Part shown: piece after piece, positions 18,788 through 28,014 of the stretch
How positions within the stretch are numbered: position 1 is the first letter of the stretch
Layout of the letters: each line of letters opens with the position of its first letter
DNA from: Pseudorhodobacter sp.
Lineage (GTDB): Bacteria > Pseudomonadota > Alphaproteobacteria > Rhodobacterales > Rhodobacteraceae
Assembly (NCBI GenBank): GCA_014378345.1
Contig: JACMNW010000052.1
Location: forward strand, 1 to 32,180
DNA: 32,180 nucleotides
Direction of reading: 5' to 3'
Program-made: the position numbers and the translations under genes
The notes under the pieces: generated by a model
Databases searched by the model: none
Told to the model about the DNA's origin: nothing
Seen by the model: only the letters and a program-made list of their open reading frames with translations

Positions 18788-20527
18788 ATGGATCAGACAA
18801 CAGTCCAGCGCGGCCAGATGGCGGCAATCGGAGCTTTAGCAGGGCTAAGCGTCTACGGTCTGAGTCAAATCATCGACAGTGATATGCTAAGTGATCGCGC
18901 AGTCTTGGCGCTGGTCACTTTCGCGGCGACAGTCTTTACCGGTGTTCTGGCATTGGCCGGGCCTCTTACAATTTTGCGTGCAGCACTTGCGTCGGCCTGT
19001 CTGGCGCTGGTGACAACGGGTCTTTTGCTGGGCGCAAGTTTCAGGTTTGCAGTAGCGGACAACATTTTCAATAGTCCGTTTCCCGCTTTGGCCGCTATGG
19101 TTGTTGGTCTGGTGCCACTGCCGTTCATTATCGCGGCCTTTGGCACCGGCTGGCGCGATTATCCCGCCTTGTTTTCTGCCGCCTGGACCATCGTTGTGCG
19201 TTATGCGGCGTCTTGGGTCTTTGTTGGTGTGGTTTGGGGCGTCATCTTTTTGTCGGATACCTTGCTGTCGGTCGTTGGCCTTAGGGTCATCCGAGATCTT
19301 ATCGATATCGAAGTCGTGCCATTTCTTGTGACAGGCCTGACGCTTGGCCTTGGTTTGGCGGTCGTGCAGGAAATGAAAGACTATGTGTCACCCTATCTGA
19401 TCTTGCGCATGTTGCGGCTTTTGCTGCCGGCGGTGTTGTTGGTGTTGGTGGTGTTTATTGTGGCGCTGCCAGTGCAGGGGCTGTCTGGGCTGTTTGGCGG
19501 GTTGTCAGTTGCCGCAACGCTTCTTGCAATGACCGCAGCCGCCGCCACGCTGATCACTACGGCAATTGATCAAAGCGATGCCGAGGCCACGCAGAGCCCA
19601 CTTCTTTCCGGCGCGACCCAAGCTTTGGCGGCAATTTTGCCCATTCCCGCAGGCCTTGCTGCCTATTCCATTTGGCTACGGGTTGACCAGTATGGTTGGA
19701 CACCTGATCGTTTGTTCGCGGCCGTCGTCGCCGTTTTGGCGCTGGGTTACAGTCTGCTTTACGCCGCTGCCTTTTTGCGCAGAAAAAACTGGATGGGGGG
19801 AATTCGCAGGGCAAACATCTATATGGCCGTGGCGGGGATGGCAGCGGCTGTGATGTGGCTTACGCCAATTTTGAACGCGGAGCGCATTTCTGCAAATACT
19901 CTGGTTGACCGCTATCAATCGGGCAAAACCCTGGCTGCGGAATTGGATGTAAGCCAACTGGTGGTGTGGGGCAATGCAGGGGCAGCGGCGCTGGAAACCT
20001 TGCAGGTTTTGGCAAAAGAACCCGGTCAAGATGCCTTGGCTGCGGCCTTATCAAAGGCGGCGACCACCACATACTCGGATGCGGCAGACCCGGATCCGGC
20101 CAAAGCATTGGCTGACCTTGTTGCAGCGTTGCCCCTGCAGCCTACGATGGCGACTAGCGACAGGGATCGTATTTTATCAGGGGTGCAGGGTTATGAATTG
20201 GTCAGTTGGCTTAAAGCCTGCAAAACCCCACTGGCAGATGGCAAGCCCGGTTGCGTGATGGTCATCGCCGATTTTTCGCCACTATATTCCGGTAATGAAG
20301 CGATCATTGTGCTTCGCGATACAGGCGATGCCATGCGATATGAAGCTTTTGTTCAAATTGATGGAACGGTAGAACGGCGCACAGTTTCAACGATCAACGG
20401 AGATTTGCCCTATGATGCAACCGGGGCAGAGTTGATAGCACAGATGCAAGCAATTCCGCCCAAAATTACCCCGGTTCCCCTGAACCAGATCAGTGTTGGT
20501 GACCGCAGCCTGTTGATCTTTCCCTAG
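18788..20527 (+). CDS. Polytopic membrane protein, DUF4153-like
   Basis: Many TM segments, a LRVDQYGWTPDR motif and a soluble C-terminal domain. GAGG RBS. Confidence 0.75.
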   Translation: MDQTTVQRGQMAAIGALAGLSVYGLSQIIDSDMLSDRAVLALVTFAATVFTGVLALAGPLTILRAALASACLALVTTGLLLGASFRFAVADNIFNSPFPALAAMVVGLVPLPFIIAAFGTGWRDYPALFSAAWTIVVRYAASWVFVGVVWGVIFLSDTLLSVVGLRVIRDLIDIEVVPFLVTGLTLGLGLAVVQEMKDYVSPYLILRMLRLLLPAVLLVLVVFIVALPVQGLSGLFGGLSVAATLLAMTAAAATLITTAIDQSDAEATQSPLLSGATQALAAILPIPAGLAAYSIWLRVDQYGWTPDRLFAAVVAVLALGYSLLYAAAFLRRKNWMGGIRRANIYMAVAGMAAAVMWLTPILNAERISANTLVDRYQSGKTLAAELDVSQLVVWGNAGAAALETLQVLAKEPGQDALAAALSKAATTTYSDAADPDPAKALADLVAALPLQPTMATSDRDRILSGVQGYELVSWLKACKTPLADGKPGCVMVIADFSPLYSGNEAIIVLRDTGDAMRYEAFVQIDGTVERRTVSTINGDLPYDATGAELIAQMQAIPPKITPVPLNQISVGDRSLLIFP

Positions 20528-20616
20528 ACTGGGCAGGTTAACGCCAATGGGTATCTGTAAGGGTTTTGTTAACACCTTGACGCTAGGCTTTGTGCAACAA
20601 GCAAGGACAAGGGCCC

Positions 20617-21204
20617 ATGCACGGTCTTATTAACCGATCATTACAATGCTTTTTGCGTGACACGTACGGACCCCAAGCGTGGGGTACCATTTCGCGTGAC
20701 GCGGGCCTTGGTTTTGACAGTTTTGAAGCCATGCTTGCCTATGATGCAACGCTGACCGAAGATGTTATCCGTGCCGCGATGCGCCACTTGGACCGGCCTC
20801 GCGAAACAATGTTGGAAGACTTGGGAACCTATCTAGTCAGCCATCCGAACGTCGAAGCGTTACGCAGGTTACTGCGGTTTGGCGGGGTCACTTTTGTGGA
20901 TTTTCTTCATTCGCTGGAAGACTTGCCGGGCCGTGGCCGCATGGCGGTGCCTGACCTCGATTTGCCAAACCTGACGCTGGTTGGGGATGGTGATGATCAG
21001 TTTCGGTTGAGCTGTAGTAATTCCGTCAACGGAATTGGCTTTGTGATGCTGGGGCTTTTGCGCGCAATGGCAGATGATTATGGCACGCTTGTTTTGTTGG
21101 AACATCAAGGGTTTTCCAATCAGGCAGAGGTGATCAGCATCCAAATTCTGGAAGAAAGCTTTGCCGTTGGACGACGCTTTGATCTTGCGGCACGGTTGAG
21201 CTGA
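20617..21204 (+). CDS. H-NOX (heme-NO-binding) family protein, atypical
   Basis: MHGL…TYG..AW N-terminus, YD, LEDLG, LRFGG..F.DFL.SL and conserved Pro residues. Start re-called to ATG 20617. Confidence 0.85.
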   Translation: MHGLINRSLQCFLRDTYGPQAWGTISRDAGLGFDSFEAMLAYDATLTEDVIRAAMRHLDRPRETMLEDLGTYLVSHPNVEALRRLLRFGGVTFVDFLHSLEDLPGRGRMAVPDLDLPNLTLVGDGDDQFRLSCSNSVNGIGFVMLGLLRAMADDYGTLVLLEHQGFSNQAEVISIQILEESFAVGRRFDLAARLS

Positions 21205-21207
21205 CCC

Positions 21208-22215
21208 ATGGATGGAAGTCTGGTGAATGCCGATATCGAGCTAAGTGTTTCAGCGCTTGACCAGTTGATGCCTATGCACCTTTGGGTATCGGCAGACGGC
21301 CTGATCGTCAGTGCGGGGCCGACACTGGCCAAGCTGTTTCCGCAAACAAACATGCGGGCGCATAGGCTGCTTGATTTATTCGAAATTCGACGTCCCGGCG
21401 GTGTGTTGGATATTTCAGATTTAGCGGCTCACGCGGGACAAAGGCTTTATCTTGGGCTGCGTGGATGTGCATTGCCTCCGTTGCGGGGTATTGCTTTATT
21501 GCCTGCGAATGGCCAGGGATTCTTGTTGAATCTCTCTTTTGGCATTGGTGTGGTTGAAGCGGTTCGGCATCATCAACTGACAGATGCCGATTTCGCACCT
21601 ACCGATCTTGCCGTTGAATTGCTGTATCTGGTTGAAGCAAAATCCGCGGTTATGGATGAACTTCGTAATCTGAACCTGCGGTTGCAGGGCGCGAAAGTAG
21701 CTGCGGAAGTACAGGCTCTTACAGACACGTTGACGGGGCTGCGCAATCGCCGCGCGCTTGATCATGACCTGAGCAGCCTTTTGCAGCAAATAAGGCCCTT
21801 TAGCCTAATGCACATTGATCTTGATTATTTCAAAGCTGTGAATGACACGCTGGGCCATCCGGCGGGCGATCATGTGTTGCGTGAGGTGGCCAAGGTTCTT
21901 AGCGCGGAAACACGCGATGGCGACACCGTTGCACGGGTTGGCGGGGATGAGTTTGTCGTCGTTTTACCGGCACTTGCGGATACGGCCAAACTCGACCAAA
22001 TTGCCTTGCGGATCATCGCGAGATTAAGCGTGCCAATGGAATTTGACGGCAAAGTCTGCCAGATTGCTGCAAGTATTGGCATGACCCGGTCGACACATTA
22101 TGCCCGGCCAAATGCCGAACAGATGTTAAGTGATGCCGATCAAGCGCTCTATGCGTCAAAACGTGCTGGCCGTGCGCAGGCGACACTGTTTTCCACCGAA
22201 CTGGGTGCGCAGTAG
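21208..22215 (+). CDS. Diguanylate cyclase with N-terminal HNOBA/PAS-like domain
   Basis: TDTLTGLRNRR, DLDYFKAVNDTLGH, an RDGD I-site five residues before GGDEF, ASIG and ADQALY. Starts 3 nt after the H-NOX stop. Confidence 0.93.
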   Translation: MDGSLVNADIELSVSALDQLMPMHLWVSADGLIVSAGPTLAKLFPQTNMRAHRLLDLFEIRRPGGVLDISDLAAHAGQRLYLGLRGCALPPLRGIALLPANGQGFLLNLSFGIGVVEAVRHHQLTDADFAPTDLAVELLYLVEAKSAVMDELRNLNLRLQGAKVAAEVQALTDTLTGLRNRRALDHDLSSLLQQIRPFSLMHIDLDYFKAVNDTLGHPAGDHVLREVAKVLSAETRDGDTVARVGGDEFVVVLPALADTAKLDQIALRIIARLSVPMEFDGKVCQIAASIGMTRSTHYARPNAEQMLSDADQALYASKRAGRAQATLFSTELGAQ

Positions 22216-22284
22216 CACATCGTAGAATGACTTTGAGGCCAGCACTGGCCGGTATTCCGCAGTGCGCAGCATGGACCAGATTGC

Positions 22285-23106
22285 TTATTGATCTATGCCT
22301 GATCCCATTATCGCAATCGCCTCTTGGTAGACGCTGGCAGCATTCCATTCTTTAATGATGGCATAGTTTGGCTCGCCTTTTTGGTAGCCTGCGCCGCGCT
22401 TCCAGCCTTTTTGCGCCAGGAAATTCGCGGTGGATGCCAAAGCATCGGTTTGGTTGGTCAAATCAACCAGACCGTCGCCATTGCCATCAACGCCGTAGGC
22501 CAGCACATTTCCGGGCAGAAACTGGGTGTGCCCGATTTCGCCGTGTTTTGCCCCAATCGTTTTTGTGTTTATGGTCCCGCGATCTACAAGTTCCAATGCA
22601 GCCAAAAGATGCCCGGTAAAGAATTCAGTCCGGCGGCAATCATAGGCAAGCGTCGCGATGGCAGACACCACATTGGTATCGCCCATAAAGCCGCCAAAGC
22701 CAGTTTCCATGCCGTGAATCGCCAAAACCACCCCTGCGGGCACCCCGTAACTGCGTTCCAACCCAGCGTAAAAGTCGGCATTTTTGGCCTTGCGCTTGCG
22801 CCCTTGGGACACAATCGCATCGGCACCGCGTACCTGCAGAAATTTCGATAAGGTATATTTGAAACTTTTTTGATTGCGATCTGCGCCAATTGTCTTTGTC
22901 GAATAGCTGGTGCCCATCAAGGCCTTCTGCCCTCGCGCACCAACCCCGGCACGGCCTGCTTCCTTTGTCATTACCGATTTCCAGTCCTCGTAACCGGCTG
23001 CTGTGTTGCCACAGGGTGCAGACAAAGCGGGCAATGACAGGGCAGAAAAAACACAAACGATAGCCAAGCGTAAAAAACAAATCTTCAGCACCTGATCACC
23101 CATCAT
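22285..23106 (-). CDS. Lytic murein transglycosylase (MltB/SLT_2 family)
   Basis: Signal peptide, AIHGMETGFG (catalytic Glu), GEIGHTQFLP, VDGNGDGLVDL EF-hand-like motif, DALASTANFL. Exact start uncertain. Confidence 0.88.
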   Translation of the reverse strand: MMGDQVLKICFLRLAIVCVFSALSLPALSAPCGNTAAGYEDWKSVMTKEAGRAGVGARGQKALMGTSYSTKTIGADRNQKSFKYTLSKFLQVRGADAIVSQGRKRKAKNADFYAGLERSYGVPAGVVLAIHGMETGFGGFMGDTNVVSAIATLAYDCRRTEFFTGHLLAALELVDRGTINTKTIGAKHGEIGHTQFLPGNVLAYGVDGNGDGLVDLTNQTDALASTANFLAQKGWKRGAGYQKGEPNYAIIKEWNAASVYQEAIAIMGSGIDQ

Positions 23107-23205
23107 TCATGTTCAAAACAACAGTTTATACAGTCCACCAAGCGTTGCAAGTGACACTGACTTTGCTGCAGATGTTTCATCACAGCCGATTGTATGTTGA
23201 AAAGA

Positions 23206-23280
23206 TGGCAGTCCGTAGGGGAGTTGAACCCCTCTTCCCAGGTTGAAAACCTGGTGTCCTAACCGATAGACGAACGGACC
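23206..23280 (-). tRNA. tRNA-Glu (TTC)
   Basis: Reverse complement GGTCCGTTCGTCTATCGGTTAGGACACCAGGTTTTCAACCTGGGAAGAGGGGTTCAACTCCCCTACGGACTGCCA folds as a cloverleaf. Anticodon arm CCAGG-TTTTCAA-CCTGG; CCA is encoded. Confidence 0.97.
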
Positions 23281-23294
23281 ACTATCTAAGGCGT

Positions 23295-23323
23295 GTATTA
23301 GTCGCGCGCTTCCCGACTCGCAA
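23295..23323 (-). promoter_or_regulatory. Putative sigma70 promoter of tRNA-Glu
   Basis: TTGCGA-N17-TAATAC, ending 14 nt upstream of the tRNA 5' end. Confidence 0.55.
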
Positions 23324-23433
23324 GTCAAAAAATGAGTTTTCTTGACCGCGATTCAGGTGAGGAAACCTTTCGTAGGTTTTCCATTGAAAAAGGCGCTGCA
23401 AGCCTTGCACAACACAGTTGCCAAAAACTCAAG

Positions 23434-25179
23434 TCAGACCCGGGCCGCATCTTCAAGCCGCAACTGAACCTTTGATCGCCCTGCATAAGTGTTGATCTCT
23501 AGCCGCCCCGCCAAATGAAAACGTTGGTGGCCCGGGTTTTCAAGTGCTGCGCCAAGCGGGCCATCGAAGGCCCCGAAAGCGACCGCTTCAAGTTTGTTGC
23601 CACCCGGATCGCCAAAGCTTAGCCGCAGGTGATTTTCGCCTATCCGGCGCCCGGTCACCGCCTGATCCGCAAAGGCAAATCTTGGCGCGGGGGCTGCTGC
23701 GCCAAATGGTCCGGCTTGGTCGATCTGTTCCACCAGCTGCAGTGTCGCCGCCCCCGGCATCAATAACCCGTCCAGCCGCAAATCGGCAGGACCGGCATCG
23801 CCGGCACCTTGTTTGGCAAGTAACTCGCCCAAGCGTGCCATCGCTGCATCCAGTTGGTCCCGCGCCACAGACAGACCCGCCGCCATTTTATGACCGCCCC
23901 CCCGTAAAAGCAGCCCTTCACTGGCCAATCGGTGAATTGCTGCCCCAAGATCGACCCCGGAAATAGACCTCCCCGATCCCTTGCCTTCTGTTCCGTCCAG
24001 ACCGATGACCACGGCAGGCCGGTTCGCGGCTTCTTTCAGACGTGCGGCCACAATGCCTACCACGCCAGGATGCCAACCTTCACCCGCCGCCCAAACCAAG
24101 GGCGCATCAAAGCCGCGCGCCTCAGCTTGCGCCATGGCGGCAGCCCGCACTGCGGCTTCGATATCGCGGCGCTCAGAATTCAGTACATCAAGCCGTTCGG
24201 CCAATGCCGCAGCTTCGTGCGCATCTTCGGTTGCAAGCAACCTTGCACCCAGATCGGCCTGCCCGATACGCCCCCCGGCATTGACCCTTGGCCCCAAAAG
24301 AAAGCCAAGTGAATAGGGCGTTGGTGCCTGATCCATTCGCGCCACATCGGCAAGGGCGCGGATACCAACCCGGTCGCGCCGCGCCATCACCTTTAGCCCC
24401 TGACGCACGAACGCCCGGTTCACCCCGATAAGCGGGGCCACATCCGCCACAGTTGCCAGCGCCACCAGATCCAGCATTGCCATCAGATCCGGCCCTTGCG
24501 AGCCTTCCTTGCGCATTTGCCGGTTCGCCTCGACCAGCATCAAAAATACGACGCCCGCCGCGCAGAGATGGCCAAGCGATCCGTCCTCGTCTTGCCGGTT
24601 TGGGTTCACCACGCAATAGGCGGGCGGCAGGGTTTCAGCCCCAAGGTGATGGTCCAGAACAACAACATCAGCGCCTTTTGCAGCGGCAATCGGATCATGG
24701 CTTAAGGTGCCGCAATCCACGCAAAGGATCAGGTCATGCGACGCAGCAAGATCGGCCATGGCGGGCACATTGGGGCCATAGCCTTCATCAATACGGTCCG
24801 GAATGTACAGGGTTGCTTGCCGCCCCAGCGCGCGAAGCCAAATGATCAACAGCGCAGCCGAAGCCCCGCCATCTACATCGTAATCGGCAAAGATAGCGAT
24901 TTTCTGCCCGGACCTGACCGCCTGCAACACCCGTGCTGCGGCTTTCGCCATATCTTTCAGGCGCAACGGATCTGGCAATAAATCGCGCAGCAGGGGTGCC
25001 AAAAACGCGCTGGCGTCCGCCGGACCCACCCCGCGCGCAGCCAAAGTGTGGCACAACGCCAGTGGCAATGATGCGATCTGCGCCATGGCTTCAGCCCGGC
25101 GGCTTTGATCATCCGAAGGACCAATCCAACGCCGCCCGGTCAGCGACGTTTCAACATTCAGAAACGCGGGGGTAATCAT
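23434..25179 (-). CDS. recJ: Single-stranded-DNA-specific exonuclease RecJ
   Basis: DYDVDG, YIPDR..EGYG, VDCG, DHH, GPRVNAGGR, GSGRS and GGH.MAAG motifs. Confidence 0.97.
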   Translation of the reverse strand: MITPAFLNVETSLTGRRWIGPSDDQSRRAEAMAQIASLPLALCHTLAARGVGPADASAFLAPLLRDLLPDPLRLKDMAKAAARVLQAVRSGQKIAIFADYDVDGGASAALLIIWLRALGRQATLYIPDRIDEGYGPNVPAMADLAASHDLILCVDCGTLSHDPIAAAKGADVVVLDHHLGAETLPPAYCVVNPNRQDEDGSLGHLCAAGVVFLMLVEANRQMRKEGSQGPDLMAMLDLVALATVADVAPLIGVNRAFVRQGLKVMARRDRVGIRALADVARMDQAPTPYSLGFLLGPRVNAGGRIGQADLGARLLATEDAHEAAALAERLDVLNSERRDIEAAVRAAAMAQAEARGFDAPLVWAAGEGWHPGVVGIVAARLKEAANRPAVVIGLDGTEGKGSGRSISGVDLGAAIHRLASEGLLLRGGGHKMAAGLSVARDQLDAAMARLGELLAKQGAGDAGPADLRLDGLLMPGAATLQLVEQIDQAGPFGAAAPAPRFAFADQAVTGRRIGENHLRLSFGDPGGNKLEAVAFGAFDGPLGAALENPGHQRFHLAGRLEINTYAGRSKVQLRLEDAARV

Positions 25180-25291
25180 CGGTCAGATGTGCCCCATCCG
25201 CCCTTCAATCGCAACCCTGTGTCGCGACACAAAGGGTTTCAGAAAATCCTTAGAAATAGCTTTCTAAAAACTTTTGATGCTTAAATCTCGG

Positions 25292-26257
25292 TTATTTAAC
25301 GGGGCTGCGGTACGACATACGGCGCACCGACCCGGTCTTAGAGCGCATCAAAATAGTCTCGGTCGTCACCCAACCCGGCTCCATCTGGATGCCTTTCAGG
25401 ATTGACCCTTGTGTAACACCTGTGGCTGCGAAAATCACATCCGCCGTCACCAGATCGTCGCGCGTGTAAATGCGGTTGAAGTCTGTGATGCCGGCCCTGC
25501 GCGCTCGACCACGTTCATCATCATTGCGAAACAGCAATCTGCCATACATCTGGCCGCCCATGCACTTTAGCGCCGCCGCGGCAAGCACGCCTTCCGGTGC
25601 CCCGCCAGATCCCATATACATATCAATCCCGGTCGTCGCAGCCTCTGCGCAGTGAATTATGCCTGCCACATCGCCGTCAGTGATCAGCCTTATCGCAGCC
25701 CCTGTTGCGCGCAGTTCTTCGATCATCGCTTCGTGCCTTGGCCGTTCCAGCACGCAAACGGTGATGTCACTGGAGGCACATCCTTTTGCCGCAGCCAAAG
25801 CGCGCACGCGGTCAGAGGGGCTCATGTTCATTGTCACAGTATCCACCGGATATCCCGGCCCGATCGCCAGCTTTTCCATGTAAACGTCTGGTGCATGCAG
25901 CAAAGTGCCGCGTGGGGCCATGGCGATTACGGTCAGGGCGTTCGGCATATCCTTGGCGGTAAGCGTGGTGCCTTCCAGCGGATCAAGTGCTATGTCCACG
26001 GCAGGGCCATTACCCGTGCCAACCTTTTCGCCGATATACAGCATCGGCGCTTCGTCCCGCTCGCCTTCACCAATCACAACGACACCCGCAATATCCAGCA
26101 GGTTCAACTGATCCCGCATCGCGTTTACCGCCGCTTGATCCGCCGCTTTTTCATCGCCCCGGCCAATTAAAGCAGCCGATGCCAAAGCGGCTGCTTCAGA
26201 AACTCGGGCAAGACCAAGCGACAAGAGCCGATCCTGAAATTCTTCAACAGTCGCCAT
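25292..26257 (-). CDS. glpX: Class II fructose-1,6-bisphosphatase
   Basis: VVIGEGERDEAPML, DPLEGT, DVYMEK and GGAPEGV. Start re-called to ATG 26257, behind AAGGA. Confidence 0.96.
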   Translation of the reverse strand: MATVEEFQDRLLSLGLARVSEAAALASAALIGRGDEKAADQAAVNAMRDQLNLLDIAGVVVIGEGERDEAPMLYIGEKVGTGNGPAVDIALDPLEGTTLTAKDMPNALTVIAMAPRGTLLHAPDVYMEKLAIGPGYPVDTVTMNMSPSDRVRALAAAKGCASSDITVCVLERPRHEAMIEELRATGAAIRLITDGDVAGIIHCAEAATTGIDMYMGSGGAPEGVLAAAALKCMGGQMYGRLLFRNDDERGRARRAGITDFNRIYTRDDLVTADVIFAATGVTQGSILKGIQMEPGWVTTETILMRSKTGSVRRMSYRSPVK

Positions 26258-26345
26258 AATGGGGTGTTCCTTTAAACCAGACACAATTGCTGCGTCTCTC
26301 CTAGCCTGCCCTGATGGGATTGGGCAAGCTTGGTGGCGCTAACAG

Positions 26346-27647
26346 TCACACCTCTTCGATGCGGATCGCGACGGGATCGCCTACCAGCACGCCGGTCGCA
26401 GCAAAACGGCCCATTGCATGATTAACGTCATCCCGCGTGGCTTTGTGGGTCACGATCAAAACCGGCGCATGTGCCCCTGCATGGCCATATTGGCGCATCC
26501 GGTCGATGGAAATGCCAGCGTCGCCCAATGCCGTGGCAATTTTTGCCAAAGCGCCGGGTTTATCCAGCAGGGTCATGCGCATGTAATAGGGGGCAGGTGT
26601 CGCTGCCGCCGCCGCAATCGGGGTGGCAAGGCTGGCAGCGGGTCTGCCAAAGGTGGAAAGCCGTGTTCCCCGCGCAATGTCCATCACATCGGCCATCACG
26701 GCACTTGCGGTTGGCCCGGCACCAGCCCCCGCACCGCGCATCACGATCTGGCCCACCGCGTCGCCTTCCAGCACCACCATGTTGGTGCCACCTTGCAGTT
26801 GCCCAAGCGGGCTGTCTGCAGGCACCAGGCACGGCGTCATACGCTGTTCCAACCCGCGCCCGGTCATCTGCGCCACGCCCAGAAGCTTGATCTTGAACCC
26901 CATATCGGCAGCCAGTTTGATGTCGTCTATAGAAATCGCGCCAATGCCTTCCATCTCGACGGCGTCAAAACTAACGCGGGTGCCAAAGGCGATGGCGGCC
27001 AGCAATGACAGTTTATGCCCCGCATCAATGCCGCCCACATCAAGGTTAGGGTCGGCCTCCAGATAGCCAAGCTGCCGCGCTTCTTCAAAAACGGTGTCAT
27101 AGGGCAGTCCGGCACTTTCCATGCGGGTCAAAATGTAATTGCAGGTACCGTTCATGACGCCCATCACCCGCCGCATCGCGTTGCCAGCCAAGCCTTCGGT
27201 CAATGCCTTGATAACAGGAATTCCGCCCGCAACAGCCGCTTCAAAGCGAATGACGCGGCCCCGGTCTTCCGCCGCTTCGGCCAGCGATTGGCCATGATGC
27301 GCCAGCAACGCCTTGTTTGCCGTCACGACGTCTTTGCCCGAAGCAATTGCAGCCATAGTCGCGTCACGCGCGGGCCCTTCGGACCCGCCTATTACTTCGA
27401 CAAACACATCGATATCTTCGCGTTTGGCCAGTGTTACGGGGTCGGCTTCCCAGGCATAGCCAGACAGATCGGCATCTCTGTTCTTTGTTTGGTCGAGTGC
27501 AGATACGGCAGTGATAACCACCGCGCGTCCCGTCCGGGCCGCGATCAAATCGGCATGGCGCTGAACAATACCAACAACACCGATACCAACCGTGCCAAGC
27601 CCGGCAAGTCCAAGACGCAATGGGGCGGGCATAGAATTCTCCGTCAT
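26346..27647 (-). CDS. hom: Homoserine dehydrogenase (with C-terminal ACT domain)
   Basis: GLGTVG, VVTANK, FEAAVAGGIP, NGTCNYIL, LGYLEADP, GAGAGPTASAV and DKPGALA. Confidence 0.96.
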   Translation of the reverse strand: MTENSMPAPLRLGLAGLGTVGIGVVGIVQRHADLIAARTGRAVVITAVSALDQTKNRDADLSGYAWEADPVTLAKREDIDVFVEVIGGSEGPARDATMAAIASGKDVVTANKALLAHHGQSLAEAAEDRGRVIRFEAAVAGGIPVIKALTEGLAGNAMRRVMGVMNGTCNYILTRMESAGLPYDTVFEEARQLGYLEADPNLDVGGIDAGHKLSLLAAIAFGTRVSFDAVEMEGIGAISIDDIKLAADMGFKIKLLGVAQMTGRGLEQRMTPCLVPADSPLGQLQGGTNMVVLEGDAVGQIVMRGAGAGAGPTASAVMADVMDIARGTRLSTFGRPAASLATPIAAAAATPAPYYMRMTLLDKPGALAKIATALGDAGISIDRMRQYGHAGAHAPVLIVTHKATRDDVNHAMGRFAATGVLVGDPVAIRIEEV

Positions 27648-27704
27648 CTATTCTTCTGACGGTGTGTTAGCGGGTTGCGCGCAGGCTTGCAACGAAAGGC
27701 CGCA

Positions 27705-27935
27705 CTAGTTTTCTGCGGCCCGTGCACGCAATAACTTGGCGCGCGCCGCCCATGCCTTGGCTGCTGCGTCCTCGGCATCGCCGCCATTGGCTTGCGCCAA
27801 AAGGCCGTCCAGCGGAAGCAGATCAAGCGGTTGATCAGACGGCGGAATGCGCGCGCCTGCCTCCAGACCCGGTGGCGGGCTGCACGCGGCAAGCAAAGCC
27901 AGCACACCGCCTAATGCTATTCTGGGTAGGGCCAC
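27705..27935 (-). CDS. Small hypothetical lipoprotein (~76 aa)
   Basis: GTG 27935 lies 7 nt after GGAG. MALPRIALGGVLALLAA-C has a lipobox LAAC, followed by a Pro-rich linker and an Ala/Arg-rich helix. Confidence 0.65.
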   Translation of the reverse strand: MALPRIALGGVLALLAACSPPPGLEAGARIPPSDQPLDLLPLDGLLAQANGGDAEDAAAKAWAARAKLLRARAAEN

Positions 27936-28014
27936 TAGCACACTCCGCGCATCATAGATGTGCACACTACCGCTGACTGGGGTGGCACGGCAATGCCAAA
28001 CCCCCCGGTTCGCT

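Noticed and set aside
23113..23328. 71-aa ORF, and a possible integrated element at tRNA-Glu
   Set aside because: The ORF overlaps the tRNA. I saw no integrase and no duplicated tRNA 3' end in the window.
23351..23409. Small inverted repeats between recJ and tRNA-Glu
   Set aside because: Imperfect stems with no clear U-tract; a function cannot be supported from sequence alone.
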